A stretch of DNA of 64,000 nt. It comes from an uncultured Geobacter sp. (GTDB taxonomy: Bacteria; Desulfobacterota; Desulfuromonadia; Geobacterales; DSM-12255). Every line of letters begins with the position of its first letter. Within the stretch, counting starts at the first letter, position 1. The notes under the pieces are model-generated. The model made no database searches and had not been told where the DNA came from. It was given only the letters and a program-made list of their open reading frames with translations. Position numbers and translations under genes: made by a program. Shown piece after piece: positions 43,981 to 52,128 of this stretch. The DNA lies in NCBI GenBank assembly GCA_937871715.1, contig CALMOE010000153.1, positions 996 through 64,995 of the forward strand, read 5' to 3'.

Positions 43981-45243
43981 TCAGTTGAACGGGCAGCGCC
44001 CCCTGATGACATGCTCCACCACCTCCTCCTCGAAGTGGCGCAACAACCCGTCCACCGGCCCCATGGCCCCGGGGGCCAGGGCGCAGAAGGCATGGTTGAG
44101 GAGCCGCACGTGCTCCTGCAGGAGCGCCACCTGCTCCAGGCTCCCCCTCCCCGCCTCGATCTCCTCCAGGAGCCGGACCACGTAGGGTAGCCCCTCGCGG
44201 CAGGGGGTACACCAGCCGCATGACTCCCGGGCATAGAAACGGACCAGGTTGAGGGTCGCCCTCACCATGCAGGTATTCTGATCGAAGACCACTACGCCAC
44301 CTGTGCCGAGGCGGGAACCGGCCCTGGCGACGGCGTCGAAATCCATGGGTACGGAGAGATGCTCAGGGGTAAAGTAAGGGGTCGAGGCTCCTCCCGGAAG
44401 ACAGGCCTTGAAACTGCTCCCCTCCCGCATGCCGCCGCAAGCGTCGTCGATGATCTCGCTTAAGGGGATGCCCAGGGGGAGCTCGTGGCACCCAGGCGAC
44501 CTCACATGGCCGCTGACGCAGAAGAGCTTCATTCCCGACGCCTCGGGAATGCGGGCCAAGGACCTGAAGCGGTCGGCCCCTTCGGCGATGATGAAAGGGA
44601 TGTTGGCGAGGCTCTCCACGTTGTTCACAACCGTCGCCCCCCCCCATAGCCCCTTGATCGCCGGGAAAGGGGGTTTTGCCCTGGGGTTGGCCCGCCGCCC
44701 CTCAAGGGCGTTCATCAGGGCGGTCTCCTCGCCGCAGATGTAACGACCGGCGGAGAGGTGCACGTCAATATCGCAGGAGAAACCGCTGGCTAAGATGTTC
44801 TCCCCAAGGAGACCTGCCCCCCTTGCCTCGGCAATGGCCCGCGCCAGGTTGGTCGCGGCAGTCTCGTAACCGCGGCGGATGAAGATGAAGGAGTGTTCCA
44901 CCCCCAGGGCATAGCAGGCGAGAATCATCCCCTCCACTAGCAGATAGGGGTTGGCCTCAAGGAGGACCCGATCCTTGTAGGTACCGGGCTCCATCTCGTC
45001 GCAGTTGCAGATAAGCCAGCGGGGTCCGGGGAGGTCGCGGGGGACGAAGGACCACTTCTTGCCGGTGGGGAAGCCGGCCCCTCCCCGTCCACGCAAGCCG
45101 GAGTCGATCACACGCTGCTGCACCTGGTCGGGTGACATCTCCCGGAGAGCCTTCTCCAAGGGGAGAAAGCCCCCCCCTGCGCGGTACTCGGAGATGGTGA
45201 CGCACCTGCCGGGGCGGTTATGTCGAAAGAGAACCTGTTCCAT
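43981..45243 (-). CDS. nuoF: NADH-quinone oxidoreductase subunit F (FMN/NADH site)
   Basis: GLRGRGGAGFPTGKKW, the FMN loop, and the 4Fe-4S motif ESCGWCTPCREG. Confidence 0.95.
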   Translation of the reverse strand: MEQVLFRHNRPGRCVTISEYRAGGGFLPLEKALREMSPDQVQQRVIDSGLRGRGGAGFPTGKKWSFVPRDLPGPRWLICNCDEMEPGTYKDRVLLEANPYLLVEGMILACYALGVEHSFIFIRRGYETAATNLARAIAEARGAGLLGENILASGFSCDIDVHLSAGRYICGEETALMNALEGRRANPRAKPPFPAIKGLWGGATVVNNVESLANIPFIIAEGADRFRSLARIPEASGMKLFCVSGHVRSPGCHELPLGIPLSEIIDDACGGMREGSSFKACLPGGASTPYFTPEHLSVPMDFDAVARAGSRLGTGGVVVFDQNTCMVRATLNLVRFYARESCGWCTPCREGLPYVVRLLEEIEAGRGSLEQVALLQEHVRLLNHAFCALAPGAMGPVDGLLRHFEEEVVEHVIRGRCPFN

Positions 45244-45320
45244 AGATGGATCCGGCTTATGGCATAAGGCTGAAGGCTAAAGGTTTTCCCCTTAACCATC
45301 AGCGCTTAGCCTTACGCCTG

Positions 45321-45644
45321 TTACTTGAACGTTTTGATGATATAGTCGGCAATTGCCTTGGCTTTTGCGTCAGACAACTCTTTCCTGTTGAAGCTTTTCA
45401 TCCCCGGGCCTGGCTTACGCATCTTCCTCACAATGTCCCTGGCCCCCTTCAACCCGTTGGCCTCGCGGTTCATCTTCTGCAGGGTCTTGGCCGGGTTGAT
45501 GGCGTTGCCACCGTCAGGGTGGCATCCTGAGCAGTGAATGTCGAACTCGGCCTTGCCGTCTATCTTCCCGCCAGAAGCCTGTCCGCAGGTTGCAACAATG
45601 AACAGCGATGCCATGGCAATGCAGAAAAAGTTGGCAACTCTCAT
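45321..45644 (-). CDS. Monoheme class-I c-type cytochrome embedded between nuoE and nuoF
   Basis: Signal peptide MRVANFFCIAMASLFIVATCG. Single CSGCH. Candidate distal Met in KPGPGMKSF. The ATG overlaps the nuoE stop (ATGA at 45641-45644). Confidence 0.85.
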   Translation of the reverse strand: MRVANFFCIAMASLFIVATCGQASGGKIDGKAEFDIHCSGCHPDGGNAINPAKTLQKMNREANGLKGARDIVRKMRKPGPGMKSFNRKELSDAKAKAIADYIIKTFK

Positions 45645-46138
45645 CTCCCCCCCTCCATCTCTCCCATGACCGCGGCCCGCTCCTCCTCAAGGAGCTGACC
45701 GGCCCTTGCCGAGTCTAGCCTGCCGTAGAGAGTGTCGCCGATCATCATGGTCGGCGCCTCGCCGCAGTTGCCGAGACAGCAGCATGGCAAGAGGGTGAAC
45801 ACGCCGTCCGACGTGGTCTCACCGACTCCGATACCAAGATGGCCGGCCATGTGGGCCATGAGCGACTCTCCACCCATGGCCCAGCAGGAGATGGAGTCGC
45901 AGACGTGAATCACCCTCCTTCCCACAGGCCGGCGGTAGATCATCTCGTAGAAGGTGGCCAACTCCTCCACCTGCAGGGTCGTCATGCCCAGAATTTCGGC
46001 AGACTCATGAACCCCCTCGTCAGTCAGCCAACCGTAGTGGGCCTGCAGACGCTTCATCACGTCCACCGCCGCCTCGCGGTTGGTGACCGCCGCTGCCACC
46101 CTTGCCTTAAGCTCGTTTTTCAATGCTTCTGGTATCAT
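45641..46138 (-). CDS. nuoE: NADH-quinone oxidoreductase subunit E (2Fe-2S)
   Basis: HVCDSISC...CCCLGNCGEAP thioredoxin-like 2Fe-2S motif. Confidence 0.95.
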   Translation of the reverse strand: MIPEALKNELKARVAAAVTNREAAVDVMKRLQAHYGWLTDEGVHESAEILGMTTLQVEELATFYEMIYRRPVGRRVIHVCDSISCWAMGGESLMAHMAGHLGIGVGETTSDGVFTLLPCCCLGNCGEAPTMMIGDTLYGRLDSARAGQLLEEERAAVMGEMEGGR

Positions 46139-46159
46139 CCCTTCATCCCCTGCTTAAAC

Positions 46160-46282
46160 TCACCATAAATCCGGAAACTCCACTCTCCTGCCGAGGACGA
46201 AGAGGACCATGAGGAGATAGATCGCTACCCACCAGTAAATCCTCCCCAACAGAACCCGAAGTCGCCGCGCCCACATACCCAT
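46160..46282 (-). CDS. Candidate 40-aa single-TM micropeptide between nuoBCD and nuoE
   Basis: MGMWARRLRVLLGRIYWWVAIYLLMVLFVLGRRVEFPDLW. The ATG lies 2 nt after the nuoBCD stop and the stop 21 nt before the nuoE ATG. Positive-hydrophobic-positive layout. Confidence 0.45.
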   Translation of the reverse strand: MGMWARRLRVLLGRIYWWVAIYLLMVLFVLGRRVEFPDLW

Positions 46283-46284
46283 CC

Positions 46285-48660
46285 TTACCGGTCCAGGTCC
46301 GCCAGGACGAAATCCACGGAGCCCAGGATGGCAAGAAAATCGGCCACCAGCCAGCCGCGGCTCATGAGGGGGAGTGCCTGCATATGGGGGAAGCTGGGGG
46401 TCCTGATACGCACCCTGTAGGGGATGCTCAGTCCTTCGGAGATGACGAAGTAGCCGCACTCCCCCTTGGGTGCCTCGATCGCGCTGTAGTTCTCCCCGGG
46501 CGGCGGAGAGATGCCGCGGGTTACGTTGACGAAGTGGTGGATCAGTGATTCGATGTCCTGAAGCGCATCCCGCTTAGGGGGGATAACGAAGCGGTAATCA
46601 TCGCAGATCCAGCGCCCTGCAGGCATACTGTTAAGGCACTGCTTGACGATCCGCAGGGACTGGTTGATCTCCTCCATCCTCACCAGGTAGCGTGCCCAGC
46701 AGTCCCCCCCCACGGCTGTGGGGATGTCGAACTCGAATCGGTCGTAGCCGCAGTAGGGGATCTTCCTGCGCAGGTCCCACTCCACCCCGCAGGCCCGCAG
46801 GTTGGGGCCGGAAAGCCCCCACTCAATGGCATCCTCCCTCGATATCTCCCCTACCCCTTTCAGTCGGGCGAGGAAGACCGGGTTCCTGTCCAGGAGGTCG
46901 TGGTACTCCCTTAGACGTGGCGGCAGCCAATCCAGCAGGTTCCCCACGGCAACGTCCCACCCCTCCGGAAGGTCGTCTGCCATGCCGCCGATGCGCAGCC
47001 AGGCCGGGTGCATCCGGCCACCGGTGATCAACTCGACGATGTCAAAGATCTTCTCACGGTCGGTGAACGTATAGAAAACCGGGGTCATGGCCCCAACGTC
47101 GGCGGCAAACGTGCCGAGCCAGACCAGATGGCTGGCGATGCGGAACAGCTCGGCCAGCATCACCCTGGTCACCACGGCCCGCTCCGGGACGGTTATGCCG
47201 CAGAGTTGTTCCACCGAATTGACATAGGCCAGGTTGTTCTGCACCCCGGCAAGGTAGTCGATCCGGTCAGTGTAAGGGATGAACTGGTGCCAGTGCTGGC
47301 GCTCGGCAATCTTCTCCGCCCCACGGTGGTGATAGCCGATATCCAGGTCCAGATCGACTACCTCCTCCCCCTCCAGCTTGAGGATGCAGCGGATGACGCC
47401 GTGGGTACCGGGGTGCTGGGGCCCCAGGTTAAGGACCATGGTATCATCGCCGGTACGGTCGAAAAAGTCGCTCGCAGGTAGTGCCTGGTGCCGCCTGGCG
47501 TCATCGATGGTATATGGAGCCATCTCCGTCGCCCGGAAAGGGTGCTCCTTGCGCAGGGGGTGCCCCTCCCAGTCGTGGGGCATGAGGATCCGTCTCAGGG
47601 GCTCGTGGCCGCTGAAACGGATGCCGAACATGTCGTACACCTCCCGCTCGTACCAGGCCGCTGCCGGGAAGACCGAGGTGGCACTGCCAACCTCTGGACG
47701 GACTCCGCAGGCATCCACCTTGAGTCGCAGGCGCCCCGGCGTGTCGAAACTGAGGAGGTGATAGTTGACGGTGAAGTCGGCGAACTTCTCCCTCTCCCGG
47801 CGGCAGGAGTTGTCCACCGCGGCGATGTCCTCCAGGCGCTGGAAACTGGAGCCCCCCCTCCCCTTCAGGTGACGCAGCAGATCGGGGAGGAGCTGCGGCG
47901 CAACCCGGTAGGTGAGCATGTCGGTCGCCCCACGGTCCAGCTCGACCATCCCAGGGAAGAGTCCCTCCAGCTCGCCGGACAGGCCGAAATCAGGGTAGTC
48001 GTGCCGCGGCGCCGGCTGCCTCCACATATCATCCGAGCGCGGCAGCCAGGCCTTCGGGTGGCCGACCGAAACCCCGCGTACGGGTATCCCCGCCATCCCC
48101 GGGCCACGGGGGTCCCGGCTCTTGCTCACCCCGTCCACCAGCAGCGGCCTGGTCGTCCCCTGGCTACCGCCTTGGAGATGGAGCACGGGCCTGGCAGGAC
48201 GCTCCTCCTTGCGGATCTTCTCCTGGAGGAGCATCAGCCCCTGCATGAAAGCCTCGGGCCTGGGGGGGCACCCGGGAACATAGACATCCACCGGGATGAT
48301 CTGGTTGACCCCCTGCACCACGCTGTAGACGTCGTACATGCCGCCGGAGTTGGCGCAGCTACCCATGGAGATCACCCACCTGGGCTCGGCCATCTGCTCG
48401 TAGAGGCGCAGAATCGATGGGGCCATCTTCTTGAAGACCGTGCCGGCGATGACCATCAGGTCAGCCTCCCTGGGCGTGCCGCGGAGCACCTCGGCGCCGA
48501 AGCGGGAGACGTCGTAGCGGGAGGTGAAGGAGGTCATCATCTCCACGAAGCAGCAGGAGAGCCCGAAGAACATGGGCCAGAGGGAGTTGGCCCGCCCCCA
48601 GTTGATCAGGTCGTCCAGGTTGGTAAGGAGTATGTTGTCGGGGGTTGTTTCTTCCGTCAT
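46285..48660 (-). CDS. nuoBCD: Fused NADH-quinone oxidoreductase subunits B, C and D
   Basis: NuoB (LSCCFVEMM...[11 protein letters not shown]...VPGCPP), a ~70-aa basic/Pro linker, NuoC ([37 protein letters not shown]), NuoD ([13 protein letters not shown]...[10 protein letters not shown]). Confidence 0.95.
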   Translation of the reverse strand: MTEETTPDNILLTNLDDLINWGRANSLWPMFFGLSCCFVEMMTSFTSRYDVSRFGAEVLRGTPREADLMVIAGTVFKKMAPSILRLYEQMAEPRWVISMGSCANSGGMYDVYSVVQGVNQIIPVDVYVPGCPPRPEAFMQGLMLLQEKIRKEERPARPVLHLQGGSQGTTRPLLVDGVSKSRDPRGPGMAGIPVRGVSVGHPKAWLPRSDDMWRQPAPRHDYPDFGLSGELEGLFPGMVELDRGATDMLTYRVAPQLLPDLLRHLKGRGGSSFQRLEDIAAVDNSCRREREKFADFTVNYHLLSFDTPGRLRLKVDACGVRPEVGSATSVFPAAAWYEREVYDMFGIRFSGHEPLRRILMPHDWEGHPLRKEHPFRATEMAPYTIDDARRHQALPASDFFDRTGDDTMVLNLGPQHPGTHGVIRCILKLEGEEVVDLDLDIGYHHRGAEKIAERQHWHQFIPYTDRIDYLAGVQNNLAYVNSVEQLCGITVPERAVVTRVMLAELFRIASHLVWLGTFAADVGAMTPVFYTFTDREKIFDIVELITGGRMHPAWLRIGGMADDLPEGWDVAVGNLLDWLPPRLREYHDLLDRNPVFLARLKGVGEISREDAIEWGLSGPNLRACGVEWDLRRKIPYCGYDRFEFDIPTAVGGDCWARYLVRMEEINQSLRIVKQCLNSMPAGRWICDDYRFVIPPKRDALQDIESLIHHFVNVTRGISPPPGENYSAIEAPKGECGYFVISEGLSIPYRVRIRTPSFPHMQALPLMSRGWLVADFLAILGSVDFVLADLDR

Positions 48661-48678
48661 GTCAGTCCTTGCACGAAA

Positions 48679-48821
48679 AGGATCGATGAATCAACAGGTA
48701 CGAGGTACGAGGAGCGAGGTTTAAAACCCTTATCCCTGTGCTTCGTAACTTGCCGTTTTTATCGATCCTCGATCATTGATCACCGATCCTATTACTTCCT
48801 CGGACCTCGCTCCTCGATCCT
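48679..48821. repeat. Inverted arrays of 7-bp tandem repeats straddling the nuoA stop codon
   Basis: GTACGAG GTACGAG GAGCGAG (48698-48718); CGATCCT CGATCAT TGATCAC CGATCCT (48763-48790); CCTCGGA CCTCGCT CCTCGAT (48798-48818). 13-bp perfect inverted repeat 48708-48720 / 48804-48816. Confidence 0.7.
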
Positions 48822-49191
48822 GCCTTGTCGGTCCCCACTCCAGCCCCCCTTTCAGCCATATCCACCCCAGACCCAGGAGCAGAGTGACTATGAAGAAGGT
48901 GATGTGCAGCAGTCCGGCAAGCCCAAGCCTGTCCCAGGCCACAGCCCAGGTGAAGATGAAGGCGCTCTCCACGTCGAAGACGATGAAGAAGATGGCGATC
49001 AGATAGAACGGTACCGGCATGGCCAATCTGGCGCTGCCGCTCGGCACGATCCCCGATTCGTAGGGGAGCTCCTTGTTGTCATTACTGTTTCTTGCCCCCA
49101 GCCAGCGGGCGGCAGCCATCAGCCCGCCGATGAGCACCAAGGTCACCAGGGTATAGGCAAGCAGGGGGAATAGTTCGGCAAGTAGCTGCAT
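48730..49191 (-). CDS. nuoA: NADH-quinone oxidoreductase subunit A
   Basis: PYESGI...FYLIAIFFIVFDVE is the NuoA signature. A hydrophilic ~35-aa C-tail is encoded across the heptad repeats. Confidence 0.9.
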   Translation of the reverse strand: MQLLAELFPLLAYTLVTLVLIGGLMAAARWLGARNSNDNKELPYESGIVPSGSARLAMPVPFYLIAIFFIVFDVESAFIFTWAVAWDRLGLAGLLHITFFIVTLLLGLGWIWLKGGLEWGPTRQDRGARSEEVIGSVINDRGSIKTASYEAQG

Positions 49192-49251
49192 GGGGTTGTC
49201 TCCGGGATTTCGGCAGAAAGCATCGGGAAAACCGGTGCAAAGAAAATTATC

Positions 49252-49285
49252 ATTATAATCCTACCCTCTCCATCCAGAGTGTCAA
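49252..49285 (-). promoter_or_regulatory. Promoter-like hexamers upstream of nuoA
   Basis: On the minus strand: perfect TTGACA (49285-49280) and perfect TATAAT (49257-49252), but 22 nt apart. An alternative TAGGAT -10 sits at 16-nt spacing. Confidence 0.3.
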
Positions 49286-49301
49286 ATGATATCTCACCTG
49301 C

Positions 49302-52004
49302 TCACCCCCCTGTAAGGCTGATGACCCAGCGGACACCACGCCTAATCAGCCAGCGCCGCATCTCATCCAGAAGGAGCATTCCCGCGGCAAAGGGCCAGGC
49401 AAGACAGAGCTCCCCAAGGGAGAGGGGGGCATTGCCAAATATGGGATGGAGAGGTGCAAGGTAGATGATGGCCAGGGCCAGGAGCAGCTCCGCCAGGATG
49501 GCAGCCAGCAGCCAGCGATTGCTGCAGAGCCCCTGGCGCAGCAGGGACTGGCGGTGGGTCCTGCTCAGGAGGAGGTTGGCTATCTGGCAGGTGACGATTG
49601 CGGCGAAGAATGCCGAGATCCCCCGCAGATAGAGGGGGTCATCCGCTGGCAGGTAGCTGCCATAACGCCAGCCGCCGCCGTGCAGCACGGAAAAATAGGC
49701 GTAGAAACCGGCCGCAGCCTCGATGACCCCGTATATACCGTAGGTGAGAAAGAGCAGCCTGAAACTTACCAGACGCTCCCGCCGCGAGCGGGGGGGGATG
49801 CTCATGATGTCCCGCTCCGGCGGCTCGTACGCCAGGGAGACGGCGGGGAGCAGGTCGGTGCCGAGATCGATGCTGAGGATGAGGAGTACCGTAAGCGGCA
49901 GGGGGATGCCGAGGAGGATGAGGGCGAAAAACGGAGCCACCTCGGGCACCGCGTGGGTGATGGTGTAGCCGATGGATTTCTTCAGGTTGTCGAAGATCGT
50001 CCGCCCTTCCATGACCGCCGGCACGATGGTGGCGAAGTTGTCGTCCAGAAGGAGCATGTCCGCCGCCTCCCTGGCCACGTCCGTTCCAGAAGCACCCATG
50101 GCGACGCCGATGTCCGCCTGTTTCAGGGCCGGGGCGTCGTTCACCCCGTCCCCGGTCACCGCCACCACCTCGCCGCGCCGCTGCAGTGCCTGGACGATGC
50201 GCAGCTTCTGCTCCGGGGAGGTGCGGGCAAAGATCACCTCCGGAGCCTCCAGGTCCCAGTCGAGCCGGCCGTCGGACATCCCGGCGAGCTGCTCACCGGT
50301 GATGACCACCGGCGTCTCGCTGGTGACAATCCCCACCTGCCTGCCGATGGCGACCGCGGTTGACTGGTAGTCGCCGGTGATCATCACCACCCGGATGCCG
50401 GCGTCGCGCACTGCCCGCACCGCGGCCGGGACCTCGGGGCGCGGCGGATCGACCATGCTGACCAGGCCGATGAAGACATACCCCCCCACGGGGAGGTCCG
50501 CCTCGCTCCAGGCGTCGCGGGGGGGGAGCTCCTGCCAGGCGAAGAGGAGGACCCGCTCCCCCTTGCGGGCAAACTCCTCGTAAGCCGAGAGATAGGCGCT
50601 GCGATGCTCCGCCGTCAGGGGGATTGTCTCGCCGTTCACCAGGATCTGGCTACAGAGGGAGATAGCCACGTCCGGCGCCCCCTTGAGGCAGGCGACCGTC
50701 CCCCCCCGCACCCGGTTGACCGTGACCATCACTTTGGTCCGGGCGGTGAACGGCTCTTCGAAGAGGCGGGGGTGCTCTGCCTGGAATGCCTGAATTTCGA
50801 GGAATCTCTGGCAATAGAGGAGCAGTGCCCCCTCGGTCGGATCACCGCTGCACTCCTCCGAATCCCCCCTTAAGCGTGCGTTGTTGCACAGGGTCGCCAC
50901 CAGGAGGAGTTTTTCCAGCTCCTCCCGTTCGAACTGGGCATCGGCCTCACTGTGGATGCAGTCGTTGAGGAAGAGCCGGGTCACCTTCATCCGGTTCTGC
51001 GTCAGGGTACCGGTCTTGTCGGTGCAGATTACCGTGGTACACCCCAGGGTCTCCACCGACTCCAGGTTCTTGATCAGCGCCTTCTTCGCCGCCATCCTCC
51101 TGGCGGCAACGGAAAGACAGAGGGTCACGGTGGGGAGGAGCCCCTCCGGCACATTGGCAACGATGATCCCTATGGCGAAGATCAGTTTGGTCCAGAAGGG
51201 GTTATCCAGCCAGATCATCCCCACCATGAGGACGATCACACCCATTGCCACGGCCATCACCGAGATGATTCGGGTGAAACGGCGAATCTCGCGGCGGATC
51301 GGGATCTCTCTTGAGGCAACTGCCTGGGTGAGATCGGCGGTGCGCCCTATCTGGCTCTTCATGCCGACTGCGAAGACTATGCCGAGGCCGGAACCGGACT
51401 GGACCGTGGTTCCGGAGAAGACCAGGTTGCGGCTCTCCAGGATGGATTGATCGGAGGGGAGGGTGTTGCGCAGCTGGGGCTCGCACTCGCCGGTCAGGGA
51501 GGAGTTGTCCACCTTGAGGCCGTTGACCCTGAAGAGCCTGGCATCCGCCGGGACCCGGTCCCCCTCCTCCAGGAAGATGACATCCCCCCTCACCAGCTCG
51601 GCGGCCGGAAGATCCGCCAGTACCCCGTCCCTGATGGCCTTGGCCCTTGCCGGGAGCATCTGGCTGAAGCCGGCCATGATCTGCTCGGCCTTGTGCTGCT
51701 GCCAGTAGCTGAAGATTCCGTTCAGGATTACTACGCAGACGAGGGCGCTGCCGATGTACAGATTCCCCTCGCCGGGGGCGAGCCGCTCGGCCAGAAAGGA
51801 CAACCCAGCGCCAGCCCAGAGGAGAAGAGCGAACAGGTTGGTCAGCTGGCGAAGGAACTTGACCAACCCACTCTCCCGCCTGCGCTGGGTGAGTATGTTC
51901 GGCCCCTCCCGCCCCAGACGTGCAGCTGCCTCGGCAACGGATAGCCCGCGCTCCATGTCCGTGCCTAGACGGTGACAAAACTCTGCCAGGGATACCTTCT
52001 GCAT
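49302..52004 (-). CDS. Cation-transporting P-type ATPase, P2 subfamily (second copy in window)
   Basis: CTDKTGTLTQNRM, TGDGVNDAPALKQADIGVAMG, Cation_ATPase_N and C regions. 900 aa. Confidence 0.9.
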   Translation of the reverse strand: MQKVSLAEFCHRLGTDMERGLSVAEAAARLGREGPNILTQRRRESGLVKFLRQLTNLFALLLWAGAGLSFLAERLAPGEGNLYIGSALVCVVILNGIFSYWQQHKAEQIMAGFSQMLPARAKAIRDGVLADLPAAELVRGDVIFLEEGDRVPADARLFRVNGLKVDNSSLTGECEPQLRNTLPSDQSILESRNLVFSGTTVQSGSGLGIVFAVGMKSQIGRTADLTQAVASREIPIRREIRRFTRIISVMAVAMGVIVLMVGMIWLDNPFWTKLIFAIGIIVANVPEGLLPTVTLCLSVAARRMAAKKALIKNLESVETLGCTTVICTDKTGTLTQNRMKVTRLFLNDCIHSEADAQFEREELEKLLLVATLCNNARLRGDSEECSGDPTEGALLLYCQRFLEIQAFQAEHPRLFEEPFTARTKVMVTVNRVRGGTVACLKGAPDVAISLCSQILVNGETIPLTAEHRSAYLSAYEEFARKGERVLLFAWQELPPRDAWSEADLPVGGYVFIGLVSMVDPPRPEVPAAVRAVRDAGIRVVMITGDYQSTAVAIGRQVGIVTSETPVVITGEQLAGMSDGRLDWDLEAPEVIFARTSPEQKLRIVQALQRRGEVVAVTGDGVNDAPALKQADIGVAMGASGTDVAREAADMLLLDDNFATIVPAVMEGRTIFDNLKKSIGYTITHAVPEVAPFFALILLGIPLPLTVLLILSIDLGTDLLPAVSLAYEPPERDIMSIPPRSRRERLVSFRLLFLTYGIYGVIEAAAGFYAYFSVLHGGGWRYGSYLPADDPLYLRGISAFFAAIVTCQIANLLLSRTHRQSLLRQGLCSNRWLLAAILAELLLALAIIYLAPLHPIFGNAPLSLGELCLAWPFAAGMLLLDEMRRWLIRRGVRWVISLTGG

Positions 52005-52128
52005 GAAATGCCCCCGGAAACGGCGGATAATCGTGCCACAACCGTAAGATTATCATACTGACGGGCTCCGGGCGGAGATATGCGAGGATAATTTGCTATA
52101 CTTGCATGCATACTCCCGGAGGCAGACC

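Noticed and set aside
47488-49173. 561-aa plus-strand ORF, the longest unexplained ORF in the track
   Set aside because: It is entirely antisense to nuoBCD and nuoA, whose products carry unmistakable family motifs. Its translation is low-complexity (G, P, R, H, E, V runs), as expected from the reverse frame of a high-GC gene. It has no SD or motif.
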